Part shown: in pieces, positions 1 to 12,205 of the stretch
Position numbering within the stretch: the first letter of the stretch is position 1
Layout of the letters: each line of letters opens with the position of its first letter
Assembly (NCBI RefSeq): GCF_018389705.1
Contig: NZ_CP065581.1
Coordinates: forward strand, 630,001-662,000
Reading direction: 5' to 3'
DNA from: Mycoplasma mycoides subsp. capri
Lineage (GTDB): Bacteria > Bacillota_I > Bacilli_A > Mycoplasmatales > Mycoplasmataceae
Length of the DNA stretch: 32,000 bases
Translations under genes and position numbers: made by a program
The notes under the pieces: generated by a model
Database searches by the model: none
The model's input: the letters and a program-made list of their open reading frames with translations, nothing else
What the model was told of the DNA's origin: nothing

Positions 1-90
1 TTTTATAATATTCTAATAATAGCTTTTTTTTAGAAATGATTCCTTTTTCTAACATTTTTAAAATCATAAAATTCCTTTTAAGTGCTAATA

Positions 91-115
91 AAAAGGTTGT
101 CAAGCAACCTTTTTT
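91..115 (-). terminator. Rho-independent terminator downstream of hup
   Basis: Inverted repeat AAAAGGTTG-tcaag-CAACCTTTT flanked by A/T runs, a few nt past the hup stop (TAA at 122-124). Confidence 0.6.
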
Positions 116-121
116 AAATTA

Positions 122-394
122 TTACATTAATGATTCTTTAAGTTGTTTTGCTGGTTTAAATCTTGCTGATCTAGAAGCTGGAATAACTATTTTTTCACCA
201 GTTGATGGGTTAACTCCTTCTCTAGATGCTCTTTCAGAAATAACAAATTTTCCAAATCCGGCAACTGATACTTCTTTTCCATCAATTAAATGTTTTGAAA
301 TTGTTTGAAAGATTCTATTAACAACTTTTTCTGCATCAACTTTAGAAATATTTTCATTAATAATGATTTCTTCGATTAATTCTTTTTTAGTCAT
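122..394 (-). CDS. hup: HU-family DNA-binding protein
   Basis: 90-aa ORF MTKKELIEEI...GFGKF...R.ARFKPAKQLKE, a typical HU/IHF fold sequence. Real TAA stop. Confidence 0.9.
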   Translation of the reverse strand: MTKKELIEEIIINENISKVDAEKVVNRIFQTISKHLIDGKEVSVAGFGKFVISERASREGVNPSTGEKIVIPASRSARFKPAKQLKESLM

Positions 395-425
395 ATTAAA
401 TTATTTCTCTTTTCTACTTTTCAAC

Positions 426-1415
426 TTAAACCAGTCAAACACCTTTAAATGAATGGTTTAAAAGCGCTATTGGTCTAATGTTATTATATAAAATTTTATA
501 TAGTGTGTTAATAAATTCATTGCTAATTTCATATTTAATACATAGTAAATAAGCAATTTTTACTACTTTAATTTTATTAATTGTTAGATTATTTTTAACT
601 AGTGCTTTATTAACATCATTAAGTTTTACAATATCAACACCTAACTTAAAATAAACTGAATCATTAGATAAAATATTTTCTATTAAATTAGCTAAAGTGG
701 CAAAATTTAAAAATGATTCTAATTTAGCATTATAATTTTTAGCAATTTGATAAATGAAATTAATTATGATTGTAATTAAACTAGCTTTAGCATTATTTCC
801 AGCATTAAGCTCATTTAAAATACCTAATGAAATATTAATTAAATCTTTAAAATAAACTACTAATTCACATGTAATTAGATCTAATGAAGGATAACTAAAA
901 AAATATTCATTTGAAAAAATATCTACTAATTGATTGGCTAAGTTTAAATTAGGTGAAACTATCATAGCTGTTGATGGTTTTTTTAAAATAATTTCACTGG
1001 CATTACTAGGTCCATACAAGCTGACATATTCTTTTAATAAATCAGTATTTATAAATTGCTTAATAATAAAATTTGATAATAAGTCTAAATTATTTTCATC
1101 AAATCCATTAACAGTATTTATTAAAATCACAGGTTTTTTTAAATACTTTTTAATTTGATTAATAATTGATTCAACTTGATCATTTAAACAAGCTAAAATT
1201 AAAATTTCAGCATTTTCTAAACTAGCAATTAAATCAGTTGTAGCAATGATTTTATTATTAATTTTTAATTGATTAAAAGTATGATTTAAATTAATATTAT
1301 TAACTATTAATTCATTTTCTGAATAAATGATTATATTATGATGATTATCAGCTAAAACATTACTTAATAAAACACCATAAAAACTAGACCCAATAATAGT
1401 GATATTTTTTTTCAT
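426..1415 (-). CDS. gpsA: NAD(P)H-dependent glycerol-3-phosphate dehydrogenase (probable)
   Basis: N-terminal Rossmann-like KNITIIGSSFYG, about 329 aa, located just downstream of der (conserved der-gpsA synteny in Firmicutes/Mollicutes). The track stop at 435 is TGA (Trp); the true TAA is at 426-428. Confidence 0.65.
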
Positions 1416-1416
1416 A

Positions 1417-2724
1417 TTATTTTTTCTCTCTAAAAATTAAATTAATTGGAATACTATCAAGAGCAAAACTAAATCTAATTTGATTTTCTAAAAATCTTTT
1501 ATATGAAAAGTGTAAATAATTTGGATTATTACAAAATAAAACAAATGTTGGAATATAAGCTTCAACTTGACTAGCATAATAAATTTTTAATCTATTTCCA
1601 TTAAATTCAGGAGCTGGATTAATTAATTGAGCTTTATTTAATACTTCATTTAAAACATAAGTTTTAATTTTAATATCTAAATTTTGTTTAATTTCATCAA
1701 CTAGATCTAAAATTTTAGTAATTCTAGTTTTATCAAGTGCTGAAATAAAAATAATTTTTGCATAAGAAATATATTTAAAATATGCTCTAATTTTTTCTTC
1801 TTTTTTTAAAATTTCAGTTTCTTTATTTTTAATTAAATCTCATTTATTTACAACAATAATTACAGGTTTTTTTTCATCATAAATTAATCCACCAATATTA
1901 GTATCTTGATCTGTTATTGGTTTTGTTGCATCAATCATTAATAAAACAATATCAGCATTACTAATAGCTGATAATGATCTTAAATAACTATATTTTTCAA
2001 TAGTCTGACCTAGTTTTGATTTTTTTCTAATTCCTGCAGTATCAATTACTGTATACTTTTTTTTATTATAAGAAAATGAAATATCAACAGCATCTAAAGT
2101 AGTTCCTTCAATTTCACTAACTATCATTCTATTTTCATTAACTAAAGAATTTACTAAACTAGACTTTCCAACATTTGGTCTTCCAATAATTGCTATTTTT
2201 GTTGAATCATCTTTTATAATTTCTTCATTTTTTGAAATATAAGAAATTACTTTATCTAATAAATCTCCAACTCCAATTCCATGAGTTGAAGAAATAAAAT
2301 ACAAATCACTAAATCCTAAACTCATAAATTGATAATTATGATCATCAATAGTTTTTTTATCATATTTATTAACTGCTAAAATTACTGGTTTTTTTGATTT
2401 GTGTAAAATTTTTGCAATCATTTTGTCATCATTATCTAAATTGTTTAAAAAATCAACAACAAAAATAATAACATCAGCTTGTTCAATAGCAATTTGAGTT
2501 TGTAGTTTAATTTCATTTGAAAATAATTGATCAGATAAACTAATTCCTCCAGTATCAATTAAAATAAATTCTCTAGTTAATCATTCTGCACTACTATAAA
2601 TACGATCACGAGTAACACCAGGTTTATCATCAACTATTGATTTTTTTTCTTTAATAATTCTGTTAAATAAACTAGATTTTCCAACATTTGGTTTACCAAC
2701 AATTGCTACAACTTGTTTTTTCAT
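1417..2724 (-). CDS. der: Ribosome-associated GTPase Der/EngA (two GTPase domains)
   Basis: Two P-loops ([12 protein letters not shown] near the N-terminus, [12 protein letters not shown] in the track ORF 1840-2421) and NKYD/NKWD-type G4 motifs. The ATG at 2724 and the TAA at 1417-1419 are in the same frame as the track fragment; 435 aa when TGA is read as Trp. Confidence 0.9.
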
Positions 2725-2730
2725 TATTTT

Positions 2731-3393
2731 TTAACTTTCTAAACTTTTTATTTTATTTACAATCATTTCAACAGCTTGATTGATTGTTAAATAAGAATTA
2801 TCTATATATCAAGCATCATCTACTAATACTAAAGGTCCAATTAGTCTTGATTTATCTGTTTTATCTCTATTATATAAATCATTATAAATTTGTTTATATG
2901 ATTTGTCTAAAATATGGTTTTTAATATTTTGTTCAAAACGTCTTTTTGTTCTAATTTCAAGATCACAATCTAAAAAAATCTTTAAATCAGCATTAGGTAA
3001 AACTACACTTGTTATATCTCTTCCAACAACAATATAACCTTTATTTTTTACTAGTTGTTGTTGAGCTTTAACCATATAATCTCTAACTTGTTTAATAACT
3101 GTGATTTGATTAATTACATTTAAAATATCACTACTTATTAATTTATTAGTAACATTAATATCATTTACAAAAATCTGATCATCTTTGATTTGATAATTAA
3201 AACTATCTAATAAACTAATAATTTGATTTTGCTTTTTTAAATCAATATTTTTAAATAAACAATATCAAGTAAAAGCGCGATACATCAATCCAGTATCTAC
3301 AAATTGATAATTTAAAATTTCAGCAACTTTTTTACAAATCACTGATTTTCCACTACTACTTGTTCCATCTACAGCAACAATTAACTTTGACAT
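2731..3393 (-). CDS. cmk: Cytidylate kinase
   Basis: [18 protein letters not shown]-loop, YRAFTW..., [18 protein letters not shown]. The ATG at 3393 follows a GGAG (tataGGAGaaagtATG). Fragments 3265-3474 and 2809-3075 are in frame and joined across TGA; TAA at 2731-2733. Confidence 0.88.
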
Positions 3394-3464
3394 ACTTTCT
3401 CCTATAAAACAATAAATAACAATAATGAAAAAATCATAATAGCTATAAAAATAGAGATTCAAAT

Positions 3465-4097
3465 TAAAAATCAATTCTTTTTAATTTGATACATTTGTTT
3501 TTTTCTTTCTAATTCAAAAATCTTTTTTAAATTTTCACTTTTAGTTTTTTTAATTAAATCAGTTATTAAAACTTGTTTTAAATCATTATTATTTTGAACT
3601 TGTTTTAAATCATTTTGTTCAAAATCAACTTTTGTTAGATTAGTAAAATCATTATTAATAATTTTTGATGATTCAAAACTCTGACTAGTTGTTTTTTTAT
3701 GAAATTCTATATCTTTAGTCATATTTAATAAGTTAACAAAATGAAATTTTTGTTCATCTAAAACTATAAAATCAGAATAGTTTTTTAAATCAACTAAATC
3801 ATTAGTAGAAATATTTTTTAATAAATTAATTTGTTTATCAATATTGTTTAAAAGCTCTTGGTTAATAGTTTGACTAATTTTAGTTTTTGCTAAATAAAAA
3901 CTTCCTTTTTCAAATTCATCATAAAGATTAGTAAAACTATTAGTAAAATATTTTTCATCTAATTTAGTTAAAACATTTAAACTGTTATTAATAAATTTAG
4001 TATAGTTACCTAAACTTTTAGCACTTTTTATTTGCTGATTTACTAAATCAATTTCTTTATTAAATAATTGATTTCTAGAAGTATATTCTTTATTCAT
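3465..4097 (-). CDS. Hypothetical Asn/Lys-rich coiled-coil protein
   Basis: 208-aa track ORF extended by 2 codons past a TGA to the TAA at 3465. No recognisable domain. Confidence 0.6.
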
Positions 4098-4142
4098 AAA
4101 ACACCTATTACTAAGTTATATTTTATAATAAACAAACATAAT

Positions 4143-4165
4143 AAAAAATGCCAACGGCATTTTTA
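4143..4165 (-). terminator. Rho-independent terminator (bidirectional shape)
   Basis: AAAAATGCC-aac-GGCATTTTT overlapping the stop codon of the 4163-5053 gene. Confidence 0.65.
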
Positions 4166-5053
4166 TTTGTATCTATGATTAATTGGTCTCATTTTTCATT
4201 CAACTAAAATAAATAATAATAAAGCAATAGCATATCTTAAAACATTTCAACCAAACACAGCAATAACAATAAACATATTAACTTTATTAAAAGTTAACAT
4301 ATTATCATCATGAACATGACCATGATCATGACCAGCATGGAAAAATAATTGCGAATTATTTGAAACTATGCTTGTATTATTTGTTTTTGAATCTATATAT
4401 AAAGCTAAAATAAATCCTAAAGTTGAAACAATAGCAACTAATACACTCATAATTGGCAGTGGCGTTCATCTTTTAAATCTAGCTACATTTTTATTAGTAT
4501 CGTGATGAATTGGTGAATTACTAAACATTACATTAAATATTAAGAACACAATTCAAACAATAAAAACATTAATAACAGCTTCAATTGGTGGTTGTATTCA
4601 ACCATGTTCCATTCCATGAATAAAGTTATGTAAAATTGGAGCTAAAAATCCTAATAAACTAGCAAAAATTGGTCCTAAAGTAGCTATTGAAATGCACACA
4701 ACTGAAATATCTAAAAATCTAGATTGAATTCATACTTGATCACTTACAGGAATTTTAATTGACTCTAATAATATATCAAGTGCACTAACTGAAGCAGTTA
4801 AAGCTAAAAAAATACCAGTTAATGCAATTTTAAATATTAATTTTCTTTTGTTAAATTGAAAAACAGTTTTTAGTTCAAATTTTTGATTCTGAATATCATC
4901 ATGATTTCCAAATTGGTCAAAATGATGTATTCCGTGATAGTGATCTTTGTTTTTATGATTTTCATCTTCATGTTCAATATGTGTTTCTAGATCTTTATCA
5001 ACATTGCAAACTACATCATTTAATTGTTCTTTTAATGACTTACTTTCTTTCAT
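4163..5053 (-). CDS. Histidine-rich polytopic membrane protein (possible metal-ion transporter)
   Basis: Track fragments 4730-5053 and 4247-4450 lie in one frame joined across several TGA codons; hand translation runs ...FIHGMEHGWIQPPIEAV.... His/Asp-rich N-terminus (HIEHEDENHKNKDHYHGIHHFDQFGNHDD) and loop (HAGHDHGHVHDD), with several hydrophobic spans. Confidence 0.6.
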
Positions 5054-5191
5054 AATAGCCTTTCATTTATATAATAAATATTATACCAATAATATCTTAT
5101 TTATAAAATTTATAAATAATTAAATATCAGTTTATTTGAAAATATTTATTATAAAATAAATAATAAGTAATTAAAAAAGCGAGGTTTTATA

Positions 5192-5752
5192 ATGAAAAAT
5201 AATGTAATTAGTATGGTAGTTGAAATCCCAAAAGGTTCATCTAACAAATATGAAGTTGATGAAAAAACAAAAAGAATCAAACTAGATCGTGTTTTATATG
5301 GAGCTAATTTTTATCCAGGAGAATATGGAATGATTGAAAACACTCTAGATTGAGATGGAGATCCATTAGATGTAATTTCATTATGTACTTATCCAACACT
5401 ACCAGGAGTTGAAGTTAATGTTAGAATTTTAGGTTCAATTAAAATGGTTGATGCTGGAGAAGTTGATACTAAATTATTTGGTGTATTTAATGATGATCCA
5501 AGATTTAAAGAATACAAAACATTAAATGACGTACCAAAACACTACAGAGATGAAATTGAAAACTTTTTCTTACAATATAAAGCTTTACAAAACAAAGTTG
5601 TAAAAATTAATGGTTGAGGAACTTTAGAAGAAGCTTTAGAAGAACTTGAAGAATGTAAAGCTAGATTTGAAGAATACAAAGATCGTTTAGCTAAAGGACA
5701 AAAAGATGAAATTTTAGCTGAATGAAAAGAAAAAGGTTTAGGTCAAGCCTAA
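5192..5752 (+). CDS. ppa: Inorganic pyrophosphatase, family I
   Basis: Hand translation MKNNVISMVVEIPKGSSNKYEVDEKT...YPGEYGMIENTLDWDGDPLDV.... Three in-frame TGA codons read as Trp; 186 aa; TAA at 5750. Absent from the ORF track because of the TGAs. Confidence 0.9.
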
Positions 5753-5780
5753 ATAATTTAATAAACTTGAAAAAATAATA

Positions 5781-5809
5781 ATGGATTACTTATAGTAATC
5801 CATTTTTTT
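5781..5809 (+). terminator. Rho-independent terminator of ppa
   Basis: Perfect 10-bp stem ATGGATTACT-tat-AGTAATCCAT followed by T6. Confidence 0.8.
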
Positions 5810-5812
5810 AAC

Positions 5813-5839
5813 TAAAAAAATACTCCTAAAAAGGAGTAT
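5813..5839 (-). terminator. Rho-independent terminator of the 5858-6553 gene
   Basis: ATACTCC-taaaaa-GGAGTAT, with an A-run on + (a U-run on the minus transcript). Confidence 0.65.
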
Positions 5840-5857
5840 TATAGAAGTTATATTAAA

Positions 5858-6553
5858 TTATTTTTTAATTTGATCATCAATACTATCAATTTGTTTATCA
5901 ATCATAATATTAATGTTAGCTAATTCACTAATTTTATTATTTAAACTAATTATTTGGTTATTTTTATCAATTAATGCATCTTTAATATGATTAATTTTTT
6001 GTTCAAGTGATTGAGAATTTCAATCAACAAATTTTAAATCATTTCTTGCTAAAAGATTAACAAATTCTTCATTATTAATTTTTAAAAGTTCTTGTTCATA
6101 GTAATTAAGTGCTAAAGTTTTTTCTAAATTATCTTTTAAATAAGATTCAACTCCATTATAAATAGCATTTAAAATTTCACTAATTTTTTCAATTACAAAT
6201 TTAGCTTTTAACCCAGATTGTAAGTTAATCACGTTTTTATATTCATCTAAATACTCAATATTTGGAGTATCAATTGGTTGAATTTCTCCGTTTTGATCTT
6301 CACTAAGTTCATTTGTATTTAAACTAGCTTCTTTAAATCTTTTTGATTTTTTATCATAAAAAGCTAAATAATAAGTAGTTGATTTAGCTTCTTGAAAAGA
6401 ATTAGTTGAGCTTTCTACATGATATTTAGTTAATTTTTTTAATTGATTATTAAAAATATTTTGTAGTTCATTAACATTATCTTGAGCATCAGAAATAACT
6501 GTTTTTACTTTTTTTAAAGTTTCATTAACTTTTCTTTCTAATAAAGGATTCAT
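5858..6553 (-). CDS. Hypothetical coiled-coil protein
   Basis: Track ORF 6020-6553 extended across a TGA to the TAA at 5858 (C-terminus ...IDSIDDQIKK); 231 aa. Confidence 0.6.
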
Positions 6554-6632
6554 AATTAACCTCCTTTAGATCATTTTTATTTGTAAAATATTTTATTTTT
6601 GATTTTTATTATTTATTTGTAGTTGGTTGTGT

Positions 6633-8846
6633 TTAATCGCTTGTATTTGAATTGTTCTCTGAATTATCTGATGCATTGTTATTTTGTTGATCATTATTAG
6701 TTGGAGTATTATCATCTACTCGACCTATTAATGTAACAGTTTGTAAACTATTATAAGTAAAGTCTTTAGCTTTAAATCTAAAGTTTAATAAATCTGTTAA
6801 AAGACCAAAATCTAAATCGGCATTACGTGTTGAAACAATTGAAATACCTTTAGAAAAATCAACTACTTTATCAAATCCTTCGTTATATGTAGTTTGAAAA
6901 TCTTTGTTTTTATAGAATAATGATTGATAATGATTACCTAAATTTTGATAAATACTAAACTTTTTAACTCCTAACATATTAGAAGTTAAATACTGGTCTT
7001 TTAACCTTTTAGCATCAGCACTAAAATCTAAACTATAAAAACTAGTTGGATCTGTTATTTCGTTACTATTATTTAGGTATTTTTCTCATTCAGATCAAAT
7101 GTTAAAATCTTTATCTTCAAAATCTTCTAAATTACTTGGTTTTCCTGTCATATTGAATAGGTTTTTTCTTTGTGAATAATGAATTTCAGTTTTAACATCT
7201 TTATCTGTTGTGTATGGGAAATTAGGATTTGCTTTTCTAATTCCATAAAATTTATGAAATTCTTCTAACATAATTTCAATACCTTTATAATATGCATCAA
7301 ACATATTAGATTTTTTATAACCTTCATATTTTAGTTTTTCTTTGTTGTCAAAATCTATATTTCTATCATTTTGATCAATTTGTACTACATAATTAAAATT
7401 AATGTTTCCTAGATCATGAATATATCCACTTTTTAGTTTTAATTGTAAACCTTTTAATTCAAAACTTTCAATTGCAGTTGCTGATTTAAATAGATTTTTT
7501 AAAAGATCGTCTCTATCAAATTTTTTACTAAATTCAGATATATCTTTTTCATCTAAAAATTCAAATTTTGAATAAATATCAGTTAGTTTTTGTTTAATTA
7601 CTTCTTTAAAACTAGTTAATTTATTTACTCAAGGTTCAATTAGATCTTGAACTAAATTCATATCTCCCTGTTTTGTAGTAATTAAATCTAGTTTTTGATT
7701 TTTATTAACTTCACCAAAATATAGATGCAATAATTTGTATGCCTCTTCTTTTAAAGAGCCACCATCTTGATTATTATAATTTCTTTCTAAAGGACCAATT
7801 TTTAATTCTGTTTTAATTCTATCAACATCAGTTTTTTGCTCTGGATCTTTATATGAAATTTCTAAATTCTTAACTACTTGATTTTTATTGTTTTTTATTA
7901 ATTTTTCTGAAATTTCATCTTTGATTTTATCGGCTAATTTTTGACTATAAAGATATGTTGCATTTTTATAATTATAGCTAGTTGCTGTTAGTAAATCTTG
8001 AGCAGTTAAAGATTCGTGTTCATTTAATAATTTTTTTAATTCTTTAAAATCAACTGTTAAAAGATCTTTATTATTAAATAGTGAATTAGATCAAAATTTC
8101 TGAATATTATGAACTAATTCAATAACAGCATTTTCACTAGAAATATTAATTATAAAATCATTTGAAATAATTTCTCTTTTAGTTTGTCCATGACCATCTT
8201 TATATTGATAATTAAAGTCTAATCCAATTTTAATAGTTGAATTAAATGAACCATTATCTTCTTCTAAAAATTTCATTTTAGAATTATCTAATCTAAACTT
8301 AAATCCTACAACTAAATTGTTATTAAAATTATCTAATAGAATTCTATATTTATCAATTCCTGTTTTTTTTACTTGTTCTAAAAACAACCTTTTAGCACTA
8401 TGAATACCTAAAACAGTTTCTAAAGTTTTTTGAAATTCTTCTTTTCTTCTATTTGTAAGATTAGAATAAAAACTATGATATCCATCTTTATCTTCATTTG
8501 GATCTCTTTCGCTTACAAGTTGCCTAATACTTTCTTTTGAAAAAAAGCTTTGATTCTCATCTAGATCTTTTGATAAAATAGCTGTTCTTGAAACAATATA
8601 AGGTCTTACAGCCTCATTATAAGCATCTCTCATTTGACTATTAAAACTCTTAATTAAGTCAAGTATTGATTTATTTCTATCACTACTATCAGGTTTAGTA
8701 GTTGGATCAGGTTTAGTGTTTGAATCAGGTTTAGTATTTGAATCGGGTTTTTTGTCTTCTGATTTATCTCTAATACATGCAACAACTGGACTTGCAGCTA
8801 GTGTTATAAAACTAGAAAGTGTTAATAATTTTAGTAGTTTATTCAT
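6633..8846 (-). CDS. Large surface lipoprotein (about 737 aa)
   Basis: Signal peptide with lipobox MNKLLKLLTLSSFITLAASPVVAC. Track fragments 8091-8846, 7095-7304 and 6633-6977 share one frame. The junctions I checked are TGA; real TAA at 6633. Interior continuity was only spot-checked. Confidence 0.7.
8689..8760 (-). repeat. In-frame 18-nt tandem repeat encoding KPD(S/P)(N/T)T units
   Basis: tcaggtttagtNNttgRa repeated at 8689, 8707 and 8725, with a degenerate copy at 8743. It encodes KPDSNTKPDSNTKPDPTTKPDSS just after the lipobox. Confidence 0.7.
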
Positions 8847-8970
8847 TTTTTATCCTTTCTTTTTTAGATTTTTTTATTGTTGAAAATCTAATTATTCTAA
8901 GGTTTTAATTCTTTTTTAAAATGTGATTGACTGCTATTTTTAAATGTACTAAAAGTTTTTATTATAGTTA

Positions 8971-10371
8971 TTATCATTGATTAGTTAAATTATTGATCAT
9001 TAGTAATTTTGTTTGCTTTTGTTCTTCTATGTTTTTAAGAATTTGATGAATATTTTTTATATCTTGTTCAAATTTATTTAATGAATTATTAAATTTATCT
9101 AATTCAACTTTAAAAATACTTCCATTATTTATCGCATCATTAAAATCATCAAACGCTTCTTGTACTGATTCAAAGCTTTTTTTAGTCTCAATTGTTTGTT
9201 TTTTTAATAATGATATTTTTTGATATGAATTATTAAAAAAGGTTTTTAATGCATTTATTTTTACTGTATTAATTTTTTTAATATCAAATTGATCGAGATC
9301 TAATTTGAAATTTTCAAATTCTTTTTTTAGGTCTTCTATTTTTTGTTTTAAATTATCTAGTTCACTAATTTTAGTATCAATAACTATATTTACATCTTTA
9401 ATATCTTTAAGTATTACTTTAATTTCTTTTAATTGATTTTGACTATCTAATAAGCTGTTATTTATTGTTAGTAACTTTTCTTTAGCACTACTAGAAAAGC
9501 TTTTTATAACATTTAATTGATCTATATTAAAATTTGTAGAATCTAGGTTTTGGATTCTATCATAAAGTTGTTTTAAGTCTAATTCAAACTTAACTAAATT
9601 ATCATTAGCTGGTGTTATTTTTGTTTGAGCGTTTTTAACAATTTGTTTTAAATTATCTAGTTCTTTTTTAATAACGTTTGTATATTCTATTTTTTGAATT
9701 ATGTTTTTAAGTTCATTTAGTTGTTTTTCTAAATTAGTTAATCCTACTTTAGCTCTTTGGATTTGTTCTTTTGTAAAAATTGTTTCTTTTATATCATTAA
9801 TAGTTTTTAAAAGATGTTTTAATTCATTTAAAACATTTTCTATATTTAAAGTTATAAGTAACACATTATTCTTTATTATTTTAATTTCTTTTTTTAATTC
9901 TTCTAACTCTTTTTTATTAAGTTGTTCATTATTTGATTGATCTAGTGTTTGTTTAACTAGTTGATAATCTTTTGTACTTTTATTTATAGTTTGTAAAAAA
10001 GAGTTTGTTTTTGTTTTTATTGTTTGTAAGTTTTCATTTAATTTAGCTAATTGATCTTTTTTAATATCACTATTAGTTAATCTATTAAGTTCATTTTCAA
10101 TATTATAAATATCAATTTGAATTTCTTTTAAGTTCTTAGTTGAGGTTTTTATATTATTATCTATTGTTATTAATTCATTTTTTAGTTTTAAAAGTATTTC
10201 TTTATTTTCATTAAAAACATTATTAGGATGTAATTGTTCATTATTTGATGAACTGTTATTAGAGTTAGTGTTATTATTAGGACTTTGATTTGTGTTATTA
10301 CAAGATAAAACTAAAAAAGAAATAACTGGTGTAAAACTAATAATAGATAATAATTTTAATAAACTTTTCAT
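8971..10371 (-). CDS. Coiled-coil surface lipoprotein
   Basis: MKSLLKLLSIISFTPVISFLVLSC lipobox followed by about 440 aa of heptad-like N/K/E/L/I-rich sequence. One extra Trp codon precedes the TAA at 8971. Confidence 0.75.
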
Positions 10372-10399
10372 TGTATTCCTTTCTTTAGTTAAATAGGTT

Positions 10400-12190
10400 T
10401 TAAAAATCTCTTTTTTTGAATTTTAAAAAAGCTATTAAAAAACTAAAAATATTTATTATAAGTAAAATAATTAAATACAATTCAGGTTTAGTATAGTTGT
10501 TAATTGTGTTGGGGTTAATAATATTATTGTTTAAAAGTTCGAGATCATATTCTAAATAACCTAAAAATAAGTTTTTTTGATTTTCTAAGTTTATATATGA
10601 ATCTGAAGCTGGACTAAATCAAATCTCATTATAATAAAACCCTAAATTACTAGTATAAAAAGTCCATAACCCATTATATAAGTTCAAATATGAAAAATAT
10701 CTCATTTTTTTTCTAGTATTAAAATAAGCTGATCAATCTGATTGATCTTTTAAAACAGAACTAGTAGATAACATAATATAACTACTAGAATATCTAATAA
10801 AATAATTTTCAAGTATTCTTGCTATATACATTAGATTAAAGTTTAGTTTATTTATTAGATTTTTAGAATTAAAGAACTTAAAACCATCACTATTAAAACC
10901 TAGTAATTCATATTCATAAATACTTTTTATATCATCTTTAGTAAGGTTGTATTTTTCTGAATTTAAATCATTAGTTTTGATTAAATAATTACTATTTTTT
11001 AAATTATCTAAAAACAAGAAATCATAAAGTAAATCATATTTACTAGTTTGTAGATCAGTTTTAAAAAAACTATTTATTTCATTAGAAAAATTTTTAAAAT
11101 CAATTAGAATTCTTTTTTTATTAATATCAGTTGTTTGATCAATTAATAAGTTTAATTGTTGATTAGAAATAAAAGTATTATTTAATACTAGTTGTAAGTT
11201 AAATAAATCGTTTTTATTTCATTTATTTAAAATCTTGTTATTTTCTTGTGGTTTTGAAAATAACTTTAAATTGTTTTCTTTAATAATTACTTTTTGATCA
11301 TTAACAAGACCAAGATCTTTTCATATTTTAATTCTTAAATCAATATTATTTGGATTAGAAAATTGATCTTTTAAAAATTTATTATTTATAAAATATGAAT
11401 AAATATATTTAGATAAGTAAGGATATTTAATTTGAGAATTTAAAATGTTTTCATTTAGTGTAAATGTATCATAAATATCAGTTAGTTTAAAAATTTCAAC
11501 TTTGTTATTTTTATCTAAAAACTGAATGTTATAACTTTTTTCATTAGCTTTAACAAATGACAATGGTATATTTGCTACAAAACATAAACTAACTAGTAGA
11601 GTACAAATTATAGTTGTAGTTTGTAAAGAAAAAAGAAACATTAACATACTTATAAAATTAATTAGACAAAATGAGGCAAACAAATTGTATAAAAAATATA
11701 CTAATGTCATTTTTAAAATAAAACTATCGTATTTAAAACTATTAAAAATACTATAGACTAAATTGATAAAAACAAAACTTAAAAATATATTTATTAAAAT
11801 AATTAAATTAATTAAAAAGTATTGTGAGAAAAAAAACTTAGTTCTACTGACTTGGTTTGTTAAAACAATATAAGTAGTTTTATCTTCTAAATTTTTATTA
11901 TAAAAAAATTGAATCATTTTTAAAATAAGGACAAATAATAAACAGCAAGTAAAAAATAAGATGTAAAAATTAAAGATAATCACTTGTTTTTCTCCACTTT
12001 TTAAAAAACCAAGTAAGATTCCAATTAGAATTGAAGCTAAAATATTTAAAATGTTTAAAATAGAAAATAAACGTTCTTTAATAAGATTTTTTAAACAAAA
12101 TTTAATCAGTTTTCTAAAAGGAATTTTTTTATATTTAATTAAGTTTAAAGAATCATCAAGTTTTTTAGAATTTTTGACTTTTTTAGGCAT
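10400..12190 (-). CDS. Putative ABC transporter permease / large membrane protein
   Basis: About 6 hydrophobic spans in the N-terminal half (track ORF 11321-12190). The in-frame continuation passes through 10733-11017 to a C-terminal TM helix and a TAA at 10400. It starts 16 nt after the ABC ATPase stop. Confidence 0.6.
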
Positions 12191-12205
12191 TTTTAAAAGA
12201 TTAGA

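Noticed and set aside
36-308. 90-aa plus-strand ORF
   Set aside because: It is entirely antisense to the well-supported hup gene (122-394). Its composition is that of a shadow ORF in an AT-rich genome, and it has no RBS.
1417-2724. Fragmented ORFs as pseudogenes or frameshifts (der, cmk, scpA, PTS and others)
   Set aside because: Every interruption I checked is TGA in frame, with none being TAA or TAG. This pattern is explained by code 4, not by gene decay.
3394-3474. N-terminal extension of cmk ([27 protein letters not shown]...) in track ORF 3265-3474
   Set aside because: The internal ATG at 3393 is preceded by GGAG and starts right at the conserved P-loop region. The extension overlaps the upstream gene end and looks non-coding.
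9701-9940. 79-aa plus-strand ORF (similar cases at 934-1158, 12051-12341, 14686-15042, 20776-21036, 23352-23567, 26041-26223, 28102-28287 and 31289-31474)
   Set aside because: All lie antisense inside longer, better-supported genes. They are low-complexity F/L/S/I-rich mirror translations of K/N/E-rich coding sequence.
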